DNA of 64,000 nucleotides from the NCBI GenBank assembly GCA_963695095.1, contig CAVOFT010000001.1, forward strand, positions 1,376,001 through 1,440,000, in the 5' to 3' direction. This DNA comes from an uncultured bacterium. Lineage in GTDB: Bacteria > Krumholzibacteriota > Krumholzibacteriia > JACNKJ01. Under the pieces are notes generated by a model. The model saw nothing but the letters and a program-made list of their open reading frames with translations. It did not search any database and was not told the DNA's origin. A program made the position numbers and the translations under genes. Numbering within the stretch: position 1 is the stretch's first letter; each line of letters starts with the position of its first letter. Positions 50,809 to 61,642 of this stretch are shown here, piece after piece.

Positions 50809-53617
50809 ATGATCCGCCCGCGGCCGCTCTCCCTCACGGCGCTGGTCCTTGCCCTCGCGCTCCTCCTGGCCGGCCCGGCGCGCGCCGAGTTCCTGCGTCT
50901 GGAGGATCTGGCCGGCGCCGCCGACTACGACCCCACGATCGCCTCGCCTGGACAACTTGCTGGGGTTCCCCTGGGGCGAGCGTCCGGCCGAGGGCGAGCT
51001 CATCCTGGCCGCCTGTCAGCGCCTGGCGGCCGCCTCTCCGCGCGTGGAACTGCTCAACTACGGCAGCACCCACGAGGGCCGCCCGCTCGTCTGCGCCGCC
51101 GTGGGCAGTGCGGCCAACATCGGCAAGCTGGACGCCCTGCGCGCAGCCCAGCGCGCGCGCATGCAGGGGGGCGCGGAGGCGGCGGCGCTGCCCCTCATCG
51201 TCTGGGTGGGGGCCAACGTGCACGGCGACGAGGCCTCGGGTGCGGATGCGGCCCTCGCCCTGCTCTACCATCTCGCCGCGGATCGCAGCGCGGCCACGGC
51301 CGCGCTGCTCGAGCGGGTACTCGTCCTCGTCGATCCGCTGCAGAACCCCGATGGCCGCGCGCGCTTCCTCGCGTCCTGGCGGGCCTGGGCGGCGGCGCCG
51401 CCCGTGCTCGACGACCAGGATCTCGGCCGCCGCGGCGACTGGCCGACCCCGCGCGGCAACCACTACCTGCTCGACCTCAACCGCGACTGGTACACGCTCT
51501 CGCAACCCGAGACGCGCGGCCGCGTCGCCCTCTTTCTCGACTGGTATCCCGCCCTCAGCGTGGACCTGCACGAGATGAACAGCTTCTCGACGACCCTCTT
51601 CTCGCCTCCCCGCGCGCCCTTCAACCCGCACCTGCCGGCCTCGACCGCGGGCTGGTGGGAGGCGCTGGGCAGCGCCGTCGCCCAGGCCTTCGGCCGCCGC
51701 GGCTGGCCCTGTGCCACCGGCGACTGGAACGAGGAGTTCAATCCCAATCGCGGCGCGGCCTGGCCCCTGCACCTGGGCACGGTGGCCTTTCTCGTCGAAC
51801 AGGCGACCACGCGCGGCGGGGCCGTGCTCCGACCCGATGGCGCCGTGCTCGACTATGCGGACTGCGTGGCGCGTCAGTTCACGGTGGCCTGGACCCTGCT
51901 CGGCGAGGCCGGCCGCCAGGCGGAGGCGATCGCTGCCGATCAGCTGGCCGCCCGCAGGAGCTGGCGGGGGGAGGCCGCCGACGGCACGAGGGCCTACCTC
52001 ATCGACAAGGAGCGGGCGCCGGGCGCCGCGGTCGAGCTGGCCGCCCTGCTCGCCGCGCAGGGCATTCGCGTCGATGTGCTCGGCGAAGCCCTGCGCCTGG
52101 ATGAGGCCGTGGACCTCTGGGGCGAGCCGCGCGGCAAGCGGCCCTTCGCGGCCGGCAGCTACCTCCTGCGCCTGGATCAGCCGGAGGGTCGGCTGGCCGC
52201 GGCCATCCTCGATCTCGATCCCCTGCTCCCGGACAGCGTCCTGACCCAGGAGCGGCGCGGCCTCGAGGCCGGCGAGGGCTCGATGCTCTACGAGGCGGCG
52301 GCCTGGTCGCCCGCCCAGGCCAGCGGAGCCGCCGTCTACGCTGCGCGCCGCCTGCCGCGCGTGGCCAGCAGGCCGCTGCAGTCCGCGCCGCCGGTGGGGA
52401 GCCTCTCGCCGGCGGCAGCGCCGCTGGGCTATCTCCTCCATGCGGGCGACCCGGGCTTCGTGCCCGCCCTCGCTGGCCTGCTCGCGGCGGGCATCGGCTG
52501 CGCGGCCAGCGATGAGGCCTTCGTCCGCGCCGGCCGCGAGTGGCCCGCGGGCAGCGTCTTCGTCCCCCGGGCGGGGGCGCCCGACTCGCTGCCGGCCGCG
52601 CTCGGCCGCCTGGCCGCTGCCGGCGGCGCCGAATTCGTAGGCGTCGATCAGGCCCTGTCCAGCGCTGGACCGGACCTGGGCAGCGATGCCTGGCGCCCCC
52701 TGCGGCGGCCGCGCGTGGCCTTGCTCGCCGGCTCGGCCTTCCACCAGACCACCTTCGGCGCGCTCTGGCAGCACCTGGAGGCCGAGCTCGGGCTGCCCGT
52801 CACGCGCCTGCGCGTGGACCTGCTCGACACGGCGGACCTGGATCGCTACGGCGTGCTCATCGTGCCGGACGGGCCGCGCGGCCGCGGCGCGGGCCTGCGC
52901 CCGCGCCTGGGCGAGGCGGGCTGGGCGCGGCTCCGCGACTGGGTCGCGCGCGGAGGCACCCTGATCGCCCTCGGTGAAGGCACGGGCCTGCTCTCTCCCT
53001 CGGCCGCGGAGGGACCCGGGGCCGAAGGGCTGGGCGCCCTGCGCCCGCGGCGCCAGGTGCTGGCCACCCTGGACGCCTACCTCGCCGAGAGCCGCCGCCT
53101 GGCCGCGCTGCCCGCCCTGAGCGTGGACGGCGCTCGCTTGCGCGCCGGCGACAGCCTCGCTCTCGGCCTGCCCGCTCTGCCGCAGGCGCCCATCGCGGCG
53201 GCCTCGCCCATCACCGACGAGCAGGACGCCTGGCTCCGCCGCTTTGCTCCGGGCGGCTGCATCCTGCGCGTGGACCTGGAGGCGAGCCACTGGCTCGCCG
53301 CGGGCGTGGGGGAGCGCGTCGCGGCGATGGTGGACACGGACATCGCCCTGCACGCGCGCCAGCCGGCGCGCGTCGTGGGCCGCTTCGCGCCTGCCGAGCG
53401 CCTGCGCCTCGCCGGTCTCCTGTGGCCGGAAGCGCGGGCGCGCTGGGCGGAGAGCGTCTACCTCAGCCAGGAGCGCGTGGGCGACGGCCAGGTGATCGCC
53501 TTCCTGGGGAATCCCTGCTACCGGGGGGCCTTCCGCGGCACGGTGCGCCTGCTGGACAACGCGCTGCTCCTGGGCCCGGGGCTGGGCACGCGCCCGCGGC
53601 CGCCTGTGGGCGACTGA
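50809..53617 (+). CDS. M14 zinc carboxypeptidase family protein; one frameshift near 50948
   Basis: Signal peptide in ORF 50809 joins ORF 50849; VHGDE, QNPDGR, DLNRDW, DLHEM. Confidence 0.85.
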
Positions 53618-53673
53618 TCGAGGGCACGCCGAGGCGAAAGACGTGCTGCTGCTGGCTGCCTTCGCCGCCCTGG

Positions 53674-53732
53674 CCGAGGCCGAGTGTACACGTGTACAGA
53701 CCGAGGCGGAGTGTTCACGTGTACAGACCGAG
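53674..53732. repeat. Tandem 27-bp repeat containing the palindrome TGTWCACGTGTACA
   Basis: CCGAGGCSGAGTGTWCACGTGTACAGA x2 plus partial CCGAG, between convergent genes. Confidence 0.85.
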
Positions 53733-53798
53733 CCGCCCTACCCTACCGCTGCGAGGGGTGCGGCGCTGCGTGCCCAGCCGACTCCTGATGGATCAGGG

Positions 53799-56700
53799 CT
53801 AGCGCCGGCGGGGGCTCGCCGGTACGCCCCCGCCCGCGACCGGGGCGGGCGGCGGCCGCCAGGGCAGAGGACCGCGGCCGCGTCCCCAGGCCAGGGTGCG
53901 CCGGGCCTGCAGCGCGAGGTCCTCGGCGACGATGGTCAGGGTCGGCAGCAGGATGAGCGTGAGCAGGGTGCTCGCCGTGAGGCCGCCCATCATGGCGCGG
54001 GCGAGGGGGAAGTAGTAGGCGTCGGCGACGCTGGCCTTGCCGAGGGCCAGCGGGGCGAGGCCGAGCACGGTCGTCGCCGCGGTCATCAGGATGGGCCGGA
54101 AGCGGTCGCGGCAGCCATCGAGGATGGCCGCCTCGCGGCTCAGCCCCTGCCGGCGCAGCTGCCCGATGCGGTCCAGCAGCACGATGCCGTTGTTCACGAC
54201 GATGCCGATGAGGATCACCAGCCCGATCATCGCGAACAGGTTGAAGGGCGTGCCTGTCGCCAGCAGGGTCCAGATGACACCGAGCACCGCGAAGGGGATG
54301 CACAGCATGATCACGAGGGGATGCAGCAGGCTCTCGAAGAGGATGGCCATCACGATGTAGACGCAGGCCAGGGCGAGCAGGATGTTGAGCAGCATGTCGT
54401 TCTGCTGCTCGCCCACGCGGCGCAGGCGCTCGCCCTCCGACCAGCTGTAGCCCGCGGGCAGCTCGAGGGAGTCCATCACCCCGCGCACGCGCTCCATCGC
54501 CTTGTCGAATTCCTTGCCCTCGTAGGCCCCGCTGATGCTGAGGGCCGTCTGTTGCCGCTCGCGGGCGATCTGGGTGGGGCCGCGGCCGATCTCGAAACGG
54601 GCCACCTGGCCGAGCAGCACCGGGCGGCCCTCGCGGTAGCTGACCGGCAGGCGCATCAGGTTCTCCAGGTTCCGGCGATCGCTGGGCTCGAGCACGATGC
54701 CGAGGTCGATCTCCCGCTCATCGCCCTGGAACTTGCGCAGGGGCACGCCGCGGAAGGTGAGTCCGAGCACCTGCGACAGCTCCCGCGGGCTCACCTGATA
54801 GAGGCCGGCCAGCTCGCGATCGAGGATCACGCGCACCTCGTCGCGACCGGACTCGCGGTTGGTATCCACGTCGTGCATGCCCTCGATGAGGTCGAGGCGG
54901 CGCACGACTTCCGTGGCCAGGCCGGCGAGCAAGTCCGTGTCCTCGCCGAAGAGCGTCACCGCGACGAGCTGGGCGCCCTGGCCGACGTCCTCCTCGTCGC
55001 GGAAGCGGTAGCGCACGCCGGGCAGCACGGGCAACTGGCTGCGCAGCGAGTCGCGCAGGGCGCCGATGCGCGTGGGGGTGACCTCGATGCCGTCGGCGAA
55101 GTAGAGGCGGAAGGCGCTGAAATTGTCGTCGTAGAACGTGTAGACGGCCTTGACGTCCATGCTGTCGCGGCGCGCGATGAGGAAGCCCTCGATCGTCGCC
55201 ACGTATTCCTCGACGCGGTAGAGATTGGTGTTGTCCGTGTACTCCAGCCAGAAGGAGACGTGGTCGCGCTTGACGCCACCGCCATCGTCCATGTCCGAGG
55301 GCTTGAAGCCGGTGACCTTGATGGCGACGACCGTCAGGGCGATCAGCCCCGCCAGGACGCCCAGGGTGGCCTTGCGATGGCGGAGCGCCGTCCAGGCGAG
55401 CAGGCGCAGGTATTGACGACGGAGCCAGGCCAGCGCCGCGAACTCGCCGCGCGTGTCCGCCTTGCGGATGCGCGACAGCAGCAGCGGCACCAGGGTGAGG
55501 CAGATGAAGAGCGAGAAGATGAGGGTGACGGAGATGGTCATGCCCACTTCGGAGAGCCAGAGCGTGATCTCGGTGTTCTTCGTGAGCACGATGGGGGCGA
55601 AGACGATGACGGAGGTGGCCGTGCTCGCGACAACGGCCATCGCCACTTCGCGTGTGCCCTCGGCGGCCGCCTGCCGCTGGGGCTCGCCCAGCTCGTGCCG
55701 GCGATAGATCGACTCCAGCACGACGATCGCGTTGTCCACGAGCATGCCCACGGCCAGCATCAGGCCCATCATCGTCAGGATGTTCAGGCTGCGCTGGGAG
55801 AGATAGAGGAAGGCGCAGGTGGCGATCACCGAGACGGGAATGGCGATGGCGGCCACCAGCGTGGTCAGCAGCCGGCGCAGGAAGACGAGCAGGATACCCA
55901 CCGCGAGCAGCGAGCCGATGAGGCCGGACATCAGCAGGTCGCGCAGACTGCCCTGGATGTTCTCGCCCTGATCGAACCAGACCACGACCTCGATGCCCGC
56001 CAGGGTGGGATCGCCCTTGATGCGCGCGAGCTCCGCGTGCACGCGCTTGGAGACGTCGACGATGTTGGCGCCCGAGGCCTTCTGGATCTCGAAGGCGATC
56101 GCTGGCTCGCCGTTCAGGTGGCGGTAGTAGTTGGGAGCCGGTTCCGCGTAGATCACTTCCGCGATGTCGGCGAGGCGGATGCCGGCCGCATTCACCGGCA
56201 GGTTGCGGATCTCCTCGAGGTCGCGGAACTGGCCCAGGCTGCGCACGCTCACGCGCTGGCGACCGTCCTGCACGCGGCCGAGCGACAGGTCGACGTTGCT
56301 GCTGTTGAGGGTCTGGAAGAGCTGGCCGACGTCCACGCCGTGGGCGATGATCTTGTCCAGCAGGAGATAGATCGTCACATCCTTGGCGCTGATGCCGTCG
56401 ACCACGACCCGCCCGACGCCCTCGATGCGCTGGAGGGGGGCGATGATGCGCCGCTCGAGCAGCTCATAGGAGCCCGAGAGGTCGCGCCCGGGCGCGCTGA
56501 TGCGCCCTTCCATGACGGGGATGTCCGTCGTGTTGAAGGTGAAGATGAAGTAGTCCTCGAGGTCCGCGGGCAGGAGCGGCCGCACCTGCTCCATGCGCTC
56601 CTTGACCTCCAGCCGCAGCACGTCGATGTCGCGACCGAAATCGAACTCCACGCCCACGAAGGCGCCGTCCCGGTCCGAGTAGGAGCGCAGGGACTTGACG

Positions 56701-56927
56701 TCGCCGAGGGTGGCCATCACCTCTTCGACGGGGCGGGCGATCTCGCGCTCCACCTGGGCGGGCACGGCGTTGGGATAGGGCAGCTGGACGCCGACGAAGG
56801 GCCAGTCGACCTTGGGCAGGAAGTCCAGCTTGAGTCGCGTGAGACTCACCGCGCCGAGGACGACCACGGCGGCGAGGACGACGAGCACCGTCACCGGCCG
56901 CCGCAGCGAGAAGTCGGAGAGGGCCAT
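53799..56927 (-). CDS. RND efflux permease (AcrB/AcrD/AcrF family)
   Basis: RRPVT, GMLVDNAIVVLE, FESLLHP, RFRPILMT; 1042 aa. Confidence 0.92.
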   Translation of the reverse strand: MALSDFSLRRPVTVLVVLAAVVVLGAVSLTRLKLDFLPKVDWPFVGVQLPYPNAVPAQVEREIARPVEEVMATLGDVKSLRSYSDRDGAFVGVEFDFGRDIDVLRLEVKERMEQVRPLLPADLEDYFIFTFNTTDIPVMEGRISAPGRDLSGSYELLERRIIAPLQRIEGVGRVVVDGISAKDVTIYLLLDKIIAHGVDVGQLFQTLNSSNVDLSLGRVQDGRQRVSVRSLGQFRDLEEIRNLPVNAAGIRLADIAEVIYAEPAPNYYRHLNGEPAIAFEIQKASGANIVDVSKRVHAELARIKGDPTLAGIEVVVWFDQGENIQGSLRDLLMSGLIGSLLAVGILLVFLRRLLTTLVAAIAIPVSVIATCAFLYLSQRSLNILTMMGLMLAVGMLVDNAIVVLESIYRRHELGEPQRQAAAEGTREVAMAVVASTATSVIVFAPIVLTKNTEITLWLSEVGMTISVTLIFSLFICLTLVPLLLSRIRKADTRGEFAALAWLRRQYLRLLAWTALRHRKATLGVLAGLIALTVVAIKVTGFKPSDMDDGGGVKRDHVSFWLEYTDNTNLYRVEEYVATIEGFLIARRDSMDVKAVYTFYDDNFSAFRLYFADGIEVTPTRIGALRDSLRSQLPVLPGVRYRFRDEEDVGQGAQLVAVTLFGEDTDLLAGLATEVVRRLDLIEGMHDVDTNRESGRDEVRVILDRELAGLYQVSPRELSQVLGLTFRGVPLRKFQGDEREIDLGIVLEPSDRRNLENLMRLPVSYREGRPVLLGQVARFEIGRGPTQIARERQQTALSISGAYEGKEFDKAMERVRGVMDSLELPAGYSWSEGERLRRVGEQQNDMLLNILLALACVYIVMAILFESLLHPLVIMLCIPFAVLGVIWTLLATGTPFNLFAMIGLVILIGIVVNNGIVLLDRIGQLRRQGLSREAAILDGCRDRFRPILMTAATTVLGLAPLALGKASVADAYYFPLARAMMGGLTASTLLTLILLPTLTIVAEDLALQARRTLAWGRGRGPLPWRPPPAPVAGGGVPASPRRR

Positions 56928-56928
56928 C

Positions 56929-59900
56929 TCAGGCGCTCCGGTCCAGGCGCTCGTAGACCACCGGGATCACGATCAGGGTGAGCAGGGTGGCCAGGCTGAG
57001 GCCGCCGATGACGGCGATCGCCATCGGCGCCCGGATCTCCGCCCCCTCGCCGAGGCCGATGGCCATGGGGGTCAGGCCCAGCACCGTGGTCAGGGTCGTC
57101 ATCAGGATCGGGCGCAGGCGGGCGGCGCTGGCCTCGACGACGGCCCCTCGCTTCGCCATGCCGGCGCGCCGGCGCACGTTGATGTAATCCACGAGCACGA
57201 TGGCGTTGTTGACGACGATGCCGGCGAGCATCACCGCGCCGATGAGCACGACCACGCTCACCGCCGTCCGTGTCACGAGCAGGGCGAGGATGACGCCCAC
57301 CAGGCCGAGGGGGACCGTCATCAGGATCACGAAGGGGTGCAGGAAGCTCTCGAACTCGCTGGCCATGACGAGGTAGACCATGAAGACGGCGAGGGCCGCC
57401 GCCAGGGCGAGGCTGCGGAAGGAGGTGGCCAGCTCGCGGTTCTGGCCGCCCAGGCTGACGGCGAGCGCGGCGGGCGGCGGCGCTGCGGCCAGCAGGGCCT
57501 CGATGTCGCGGCTCGCGCCGCCGAGATCCCGCCCCGCGATGTTGGCGCTGATCACGGCCGCGCGCTGCTGGCCGACGTGGACGATCTGCGCGGGCCCCGT
57601 GCCCAGGATCACCTCGGCCACCGTGGCGAGCGGGATGGGGACCCCCTCCACCTGGCCGATGACGAGTCCGCTCACCTCGCCGACGTCCATCTGGCCGGCG
57701 TCGGCGCGGCGGACGCGCACGTCGATCTGGCGATCCTGCTCCTTGAGGCGGGTGGCCAGGTCGCCGTGGATCTTGCCCCGCAGCGTGCGACTGACGGCCT
57801 CCATGTCCAGGCCCAGGCTGGCCAGGCGATCGCGGGCGAAGCGCACCTGCACTTCAGGGTTGCCCTGCTCGAGGCTGCTCTTCACGTCGCGCAGGCCGGG
57901 GATCTGGGCCATGCCCAGCGCCAGCCGGTCCGCGTAGGCGGCGAGGGCGTCCAGGTCATAGCCGTAGACCTGCACCTCGATCGGCGTCTGGATGCTGAAG
58001 TAGCTGGGCCGGCGGAAGGTGTAGCGGAGCTCGGGGTAGGCCGCGAGCACCTGGCGGCAGCGGTCGATCACGGCCGCTTCCTGGTCGCGGTCGCCGCTGT
58101 CGGCCACGCTGATGCCGAGCTGGGCCACGTTCTCGCGCTTCTCGCTGCGCGCGCCGCCGAGGCTGGGGCTATCGCCGACGCTCGCGTAGAGCACGCCGAT
58201 GCGCGCATCGCCGGCCAGGTCGGCCTCGATCTCGCGCAGCTTCTGCTCGACCCGGGCCAGCGGCGTGCCCGCGGGGAACTCGAGATCGAAGCCGAACTGC
58301 CCCTGGGCGAAGGGCGGCACCAGCTCGACGCCGAGCAGGGGCAGGCTGGCCACGGCGCCGGCGGCGAGCAGCAGGGCCAGCCCGAGCACGAGTCGCGGCC
58401 GGGCCAGGGCAGCGGCCAGCAGGCGCGGATAGGCCGCGTCCAGCCGTCCCCAGGCGCGATCGAAGCCCCGCTGCAGCGGCCAGAGCAGCCATAGGCTGAG
58501 GCGGCTGGCGGCGGCGAACAGGAGACGCCCCAGCCGGACGAGCAGTCCGGGCAGGAGCACGGTCAGCCCCCGCAACAGCCAGCGGCCCAGCCAGGCGAGG
58601 GCCACGAGCGGCGCGCTCAGGACCCGGCGCAGGCGGCCGGCGGGGCGGCGGGGCGCAGGCGGCATGGGCTCCGGGCTCGGCTCCGCGAGCGGAACCGGCG
58701 GAAAGGCGGGCGCGCGGCCGCCGAGGCTGGCCAGGACCGGAATCAAGGTCAGCGCCGCGAGCAGGGAGACGAGCAGCGAGGCCGTGACGGTCAGCGCCTG
58801 ATCGCGGAAGATCTGACCGGCGATGCCCTCGACGAAGATGATGGGCAGGAAGACGGCCACGGTGGTGAGCGTGGAGGCCGTCACTGCGCGGGCCACCTCG
58901 CCGGCGCCCTCGCGAGTGGCGTCCCAGAGGCTGAGCCCCGCGGCGCGGTGGCGGCTGACCGCGTCCAGCACCACGATGGCGTTGTCGACCAGCATGCCCA
59001 CGCCGAGGGCCAGCCCGCCCAGCGACATGATGTTGAGCGAGATGCCGAGCTGCTGCATCACGAAGAAGGTGGCCATGACGGAGATCGGGATCACCGTCGC
59101 GATGATGAAGGTGCTGCGCCGATCCTTGAGGAACAGATAGAGCACGAGCACGGCCAGAAGGCCGCCGATCACGGCGTTGCCACGCACCTCGGCGATGGAC
59201 TGCTCGATGAAGGTGCTCTGGTCGGCCAGGACGACGAGGTCGGTCGCCGGCGGCAATTCCCGGCGCAGCTGCTCCAGGCGCCGCTTGACGACGCTCGCCA
59301 CCCGCACGGTGTTCGCGCTGCCCTCCTTGTACAGGGCGAGCTCCACGGCCTCCTCGCCCTGCACGTGGCTGATCACCTCGCGCTCCTTGTAGCCGCGGGC
59401 CACCGTCGCCACGTCGGCCAGGGTGACGCGCCGCTCCCCGTCCTCGTAGACGATCGTGCGCGCCACGTCCTCTTCGCCCTTGAACTCGTTGAGCGTGCGC
59501 ACGAGGAACTCGGCGTCGCGGTCGCGCAAGCGGCCACCGGCCGCGTTCAGGTTCTGGTCGCCGAGAAAGGTGGAGACGGCGCTGATCGGCAGGCCGAGCG
59601 CGGCCAGCTTGGCCTCGTCCACCTCGACCTGGATCTCCTCCTCGAGGCCACCCTGCACGCGCACGGAGGCCACGCCTTCGAGCGACTCCAGGTCCTTCTT
59701 GAGCAGGTGCTCGGCCAGGTGGCGCAGGCTGACCAGGTCCTGCTTGCCGTGGAGGCCCAGGCGCAGGATGGGATCGAGATTGGGGTCGTAGCGCAGGAGG
59801 ATGGGGCTGCCGGCGTCCTCGGGCAGGCGCACCATGTCGATCTTCTCGCGCACGTCGAGGGCGGCGAAGTCCATCGCCGTCTTCCAGCCGAACTCGAGAC

Positions 59901-60174
59901 TGATTTCCGAGATGCCCGCCCGCGACACCGAACGCAGGCCGCGCAGGCCGGGGATCACCGAGACGGCTTCCTCCAGCGGCTCGGTGATGAGCTTCTCCAC
60001 CTCGGCGGGCGCCGCGTCCGGGTAGCTCGTCTGCACGGTGAGCGTCGGATAGGCGATGTCGGGGAGCAGATTGAGGGGCAGTCGGGACAGGGAGACGAAG
60101 CCGAAGAGCAGGGCCGCCAGCGTCAGCATGAAGACGGTGACCGGCCGGCTCATCGACCCGGTGACGAGCTTCAT
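56929..60174 (-). CDS. RND efflux permease (AcrB/AcrD/AcrF family), second subunit
   Basis: Start MKLVTGSMSRPVT (ATGA overlap with MFP); GMLVDNAIVV, FESFLHP, RLRPILMT. Confidence 0.92.
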   Translation of the reverse strand: MKLVTGSMSRPVTVFMLTLAALLFGFVSLSRLPLNLLPDIAYPTLTVQTSYPDAAPAEVEKLITEPLEEAVSVIPGLRGLRSVSRAGISEISLEFGWKTAMDFAALDVREKIDMVRLPEDAGSPILLRYDPNLDPILRLGLHGKQDLVSLRHLAEHLLKKDLESLEGVASVRVQGGLEEEIQVEVDEAKLAALGLPISAVSTFLGDQNLNAAGGRLRDRDAEFLVRTLNEFKGEEDVARTIVYEDGERRVTLADVATVARGYKEREVISHVQGEEAVELALYKEGSANTVRVASVVKRRLEQLRRELPPATDLVVLADQSTFIEQSIAEVRGNAVIGGLLAVLVLYLFLKDRRSTFIIATVIPISVMATFFVMQQLGISLNIMSLGGLALGVGMLVDNAIVVLDAVSRHRAAGLSLWDATREGAGEVARAVTASTLTTVAVFLPIIFVEGIAGQIFRDQALTVTASLLVSLLAALTLIPVLASLGGRAPAFPPVPLAEPSPEPMPPAPRRPAGRLRRVLSAPLVALAWLGRWLLRGLTVLLPGLLVRLGRLLFAAASRLSLWLLWPLQRGFDRAWGRLDAAYPRLLAAALARPRLVLGLALLLAAGAVASLPLLGVELVPPFAQGQFGFDLEFPAGTPLARVEQKLREIEADLAGDARIGVLYASVGDSPSLGGARSEKRENVAQLGISVADSGDRDQEAAVIDRCRQVLAAYPELRYTFRRPSYFSIQTPIEVQVYGYDLDALAAYADRLALGMAQIPGLRDVKSSLEQGNPEVQVRFARDRLASLGLDMEAVSRTLRGKIHGDLATRLKEQDRQIDVRVRRADAGQMDVGEVSGLVIGQVEGVPIPLATVAEVILGTGPAQIVHVGQQRAAVISANIAGRDLGGASRDIEALLAAAPPPAALAVSLGGQNRELATSFRSLALAAALAVFMVYLVMASEFESFLHPFVILMTVPLGLVGVILALLVTRTAVSVVVLIGAVMLAGIVVNNAIVLVDYINVRRRAGMAKRGAVVEASAARLRPILMTTLTTVLGLTPMAIGLGEGAEIRAPMAIAVIGGLSLATLLTLIVIPVVYERLDRSA

Positions 60175-61403
60175 GAGCTCTTGTCCCGGGCCTGCGCGGA
60201 ATCGGCAGCCGCGCCGGCTTTGCCGACGAGATCCTCGATCTTGCTGCCGGACTTCAGGCTGCCCGTCCCCACGCTCACCACGCGATCCCCCTCGACGAGG
60301 CCGCTCAGCACTTCGACGCGGCCGGCGTCGGCGTAGCCCGTGGTGATGCTCACCTTGATGACGCTGTCGGCCACGGCCTTGAAGACGTAGGTCTCGCCGC
60401 CTTCGGGCACCAGCGCGCGCTTGGGGATGACCAGCACGTCCTCGTGCAGGTCCGTCTCCACCTGGACGCGGACGAAGGAGCCCGGCCGCAGCAGCTCGTC
60501 GCCGCTGCTGACGCGGCAGGTCACCTTGACCGTGCCCGTGCGGGTGTCGACGATCGGCGCGATCCGCAGCACTTCGCCGGGCAGCTCGCGCTCCGGGGCG
60601 CTGTCGGGCAGGATGCGCACGGCCTGCCCGATGGCGATGCGCGCCGCCAGCTTCTCGGGCAGGTAGACGCAGGCCAGCAGCGGATCGCTGTCCACCAGCC
60701 GGAAGAGCGTGGTGCCGGCCACGACGTGCTGGCCGGGGGCGACGAGGCGCTCCGTGACGCGGCCGCTGAAGGGCGCCAGGATGCGCGTGTACGCGAGGCG
60801 CAGCGCCGCCGCCTTGCGCTGGGCGTCGGCCTCTTCCCAGCGGAAGCGCAAGTCCTGAAGCTCCTTGTTGCTGATGCCCTGCTCGGCGTGCAGGGCCTCG
60901 CCGCGGGCGAACTCGCGCTGGGCCGCCTCCGCGCGCAAGGCGGCTTCCTCCAGGGCGACGCTCTCGGCCTCGCCGTCCAGCAGGGCGAGGAGCTCGCCGC
61001 TCTCCACCCAATCGCCCTCCTCGGCCGGCAGCGACTTGATCTGGCCGGCTGCCTTGCACTGCACGTCGACCAGCTTCTCGGGTTCGAGGGAGGCGGTGGC
61101 GCCCAGCGTGCTGGCCACGGTGTCGCGGCCGACGAGGGCCAGTTCGACGGGCACGCGCAGCTCTTCCTTCTTCTCGTCCTTGTCATCCTTGCGGAAGCGT
61201 GCCAGGAAGCCGCCGCTCTTCTGGGCGCCGGCCGCGCTGTCGGGGGCGGCGGAGCTGCTGTCGGCGGCCGGGGCGTTCTCCTCGGCGCCGCCGTTCTTGC
61301 CGCAGCCGCTGAAGTTGATGACGACCGCCAGCAGGAACACCGCGAGGATGGCGAAGAGGCTCAGGGGACGGCGATCGGGGAGCGGGCCGATGAGCCGGTA
61401 CAT
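60171..61403 (-). CDS. RND periplasmic adaptor (membrane fusion protein)
   Basis: FSG-C lipobox-like; EEGDWVESG, TRILAPFSG, DTRTGTVKV, LRPGSF, VEVLSGL. Confidence 0.9.
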   Translation of the reverse strand: MYRLIGPLPDRRPLSLFAILAVFLLAVVINFSGCGKNGGAEENAPAADSSSAAPDSAAGAQKSGGFLARFRKDDKDEKKEELRVPVELALVGRDTVASTLGATASLEPEKLVDVQCKAAGQIKSLPAEEGDWVESGELLALLDGEAESVALEEAALRAEAAQREFARGEALHAEQGISNKELQDLRFRWEEADAQRKAAALRLAYTRILAPFSGRVTERLVAPGQHVVAGTTLFRLVDSDPLLACVYLPEKLAARIAIGQAVRILPDSAPERELPGEVLRIAPIVDTRTGTVKVTCRVSSGDELLRPGSFVRVQVETDLHEDVLVIPKRALVPEGGETYVFKAVADSVIKVSITTGYADAGRVEVLSGLVEGDRVVSVGTGSLKSGSKIEDLVGKAGAAADSAQARDKSS

Positions 61404-61572
61404 CGTGGCCTCCTGGGGTGGGTAACGGAGAGGGCCGGGCGGGAACCGCCCAACGGGGCAGCTTACGGTGGCCCGGCCAGGGGGTTACGCCTGTTGACTT
61501 GGAGCCCTCGAGAGCGGGAGAGGTTTCGCCGCAGGCCCATTCACGGATTCAATACCACTCGATCTGAATACT

Positions 61573-61581
61573 TGCTATAAT
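61573..61581 (+). promoter_or_regulatory. Extended -10 promoter of the C25 protease gene
   Basis: TGCTATAAT in an AT-rich patch ~60 nt upstream of ATG. Confidence 0.6.
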
Positions 61582-61642
61582 GTGACGGTTGGCTTCCACC
61601 CGCCTCCGGGTGGCTCGGGCATTCCTACGAAAGGACAGGACG

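Noticed and set aside
32140..53617. Genomic island integrated at tRNA-Asp
   Set aside because: No integrase or transposase, and no duplicated tRNA 3' end seen downstream.
53674..53732. Mini-CRISPR array
   Set aside because: Units are directly tandem with no unique spacers; no cas genes.
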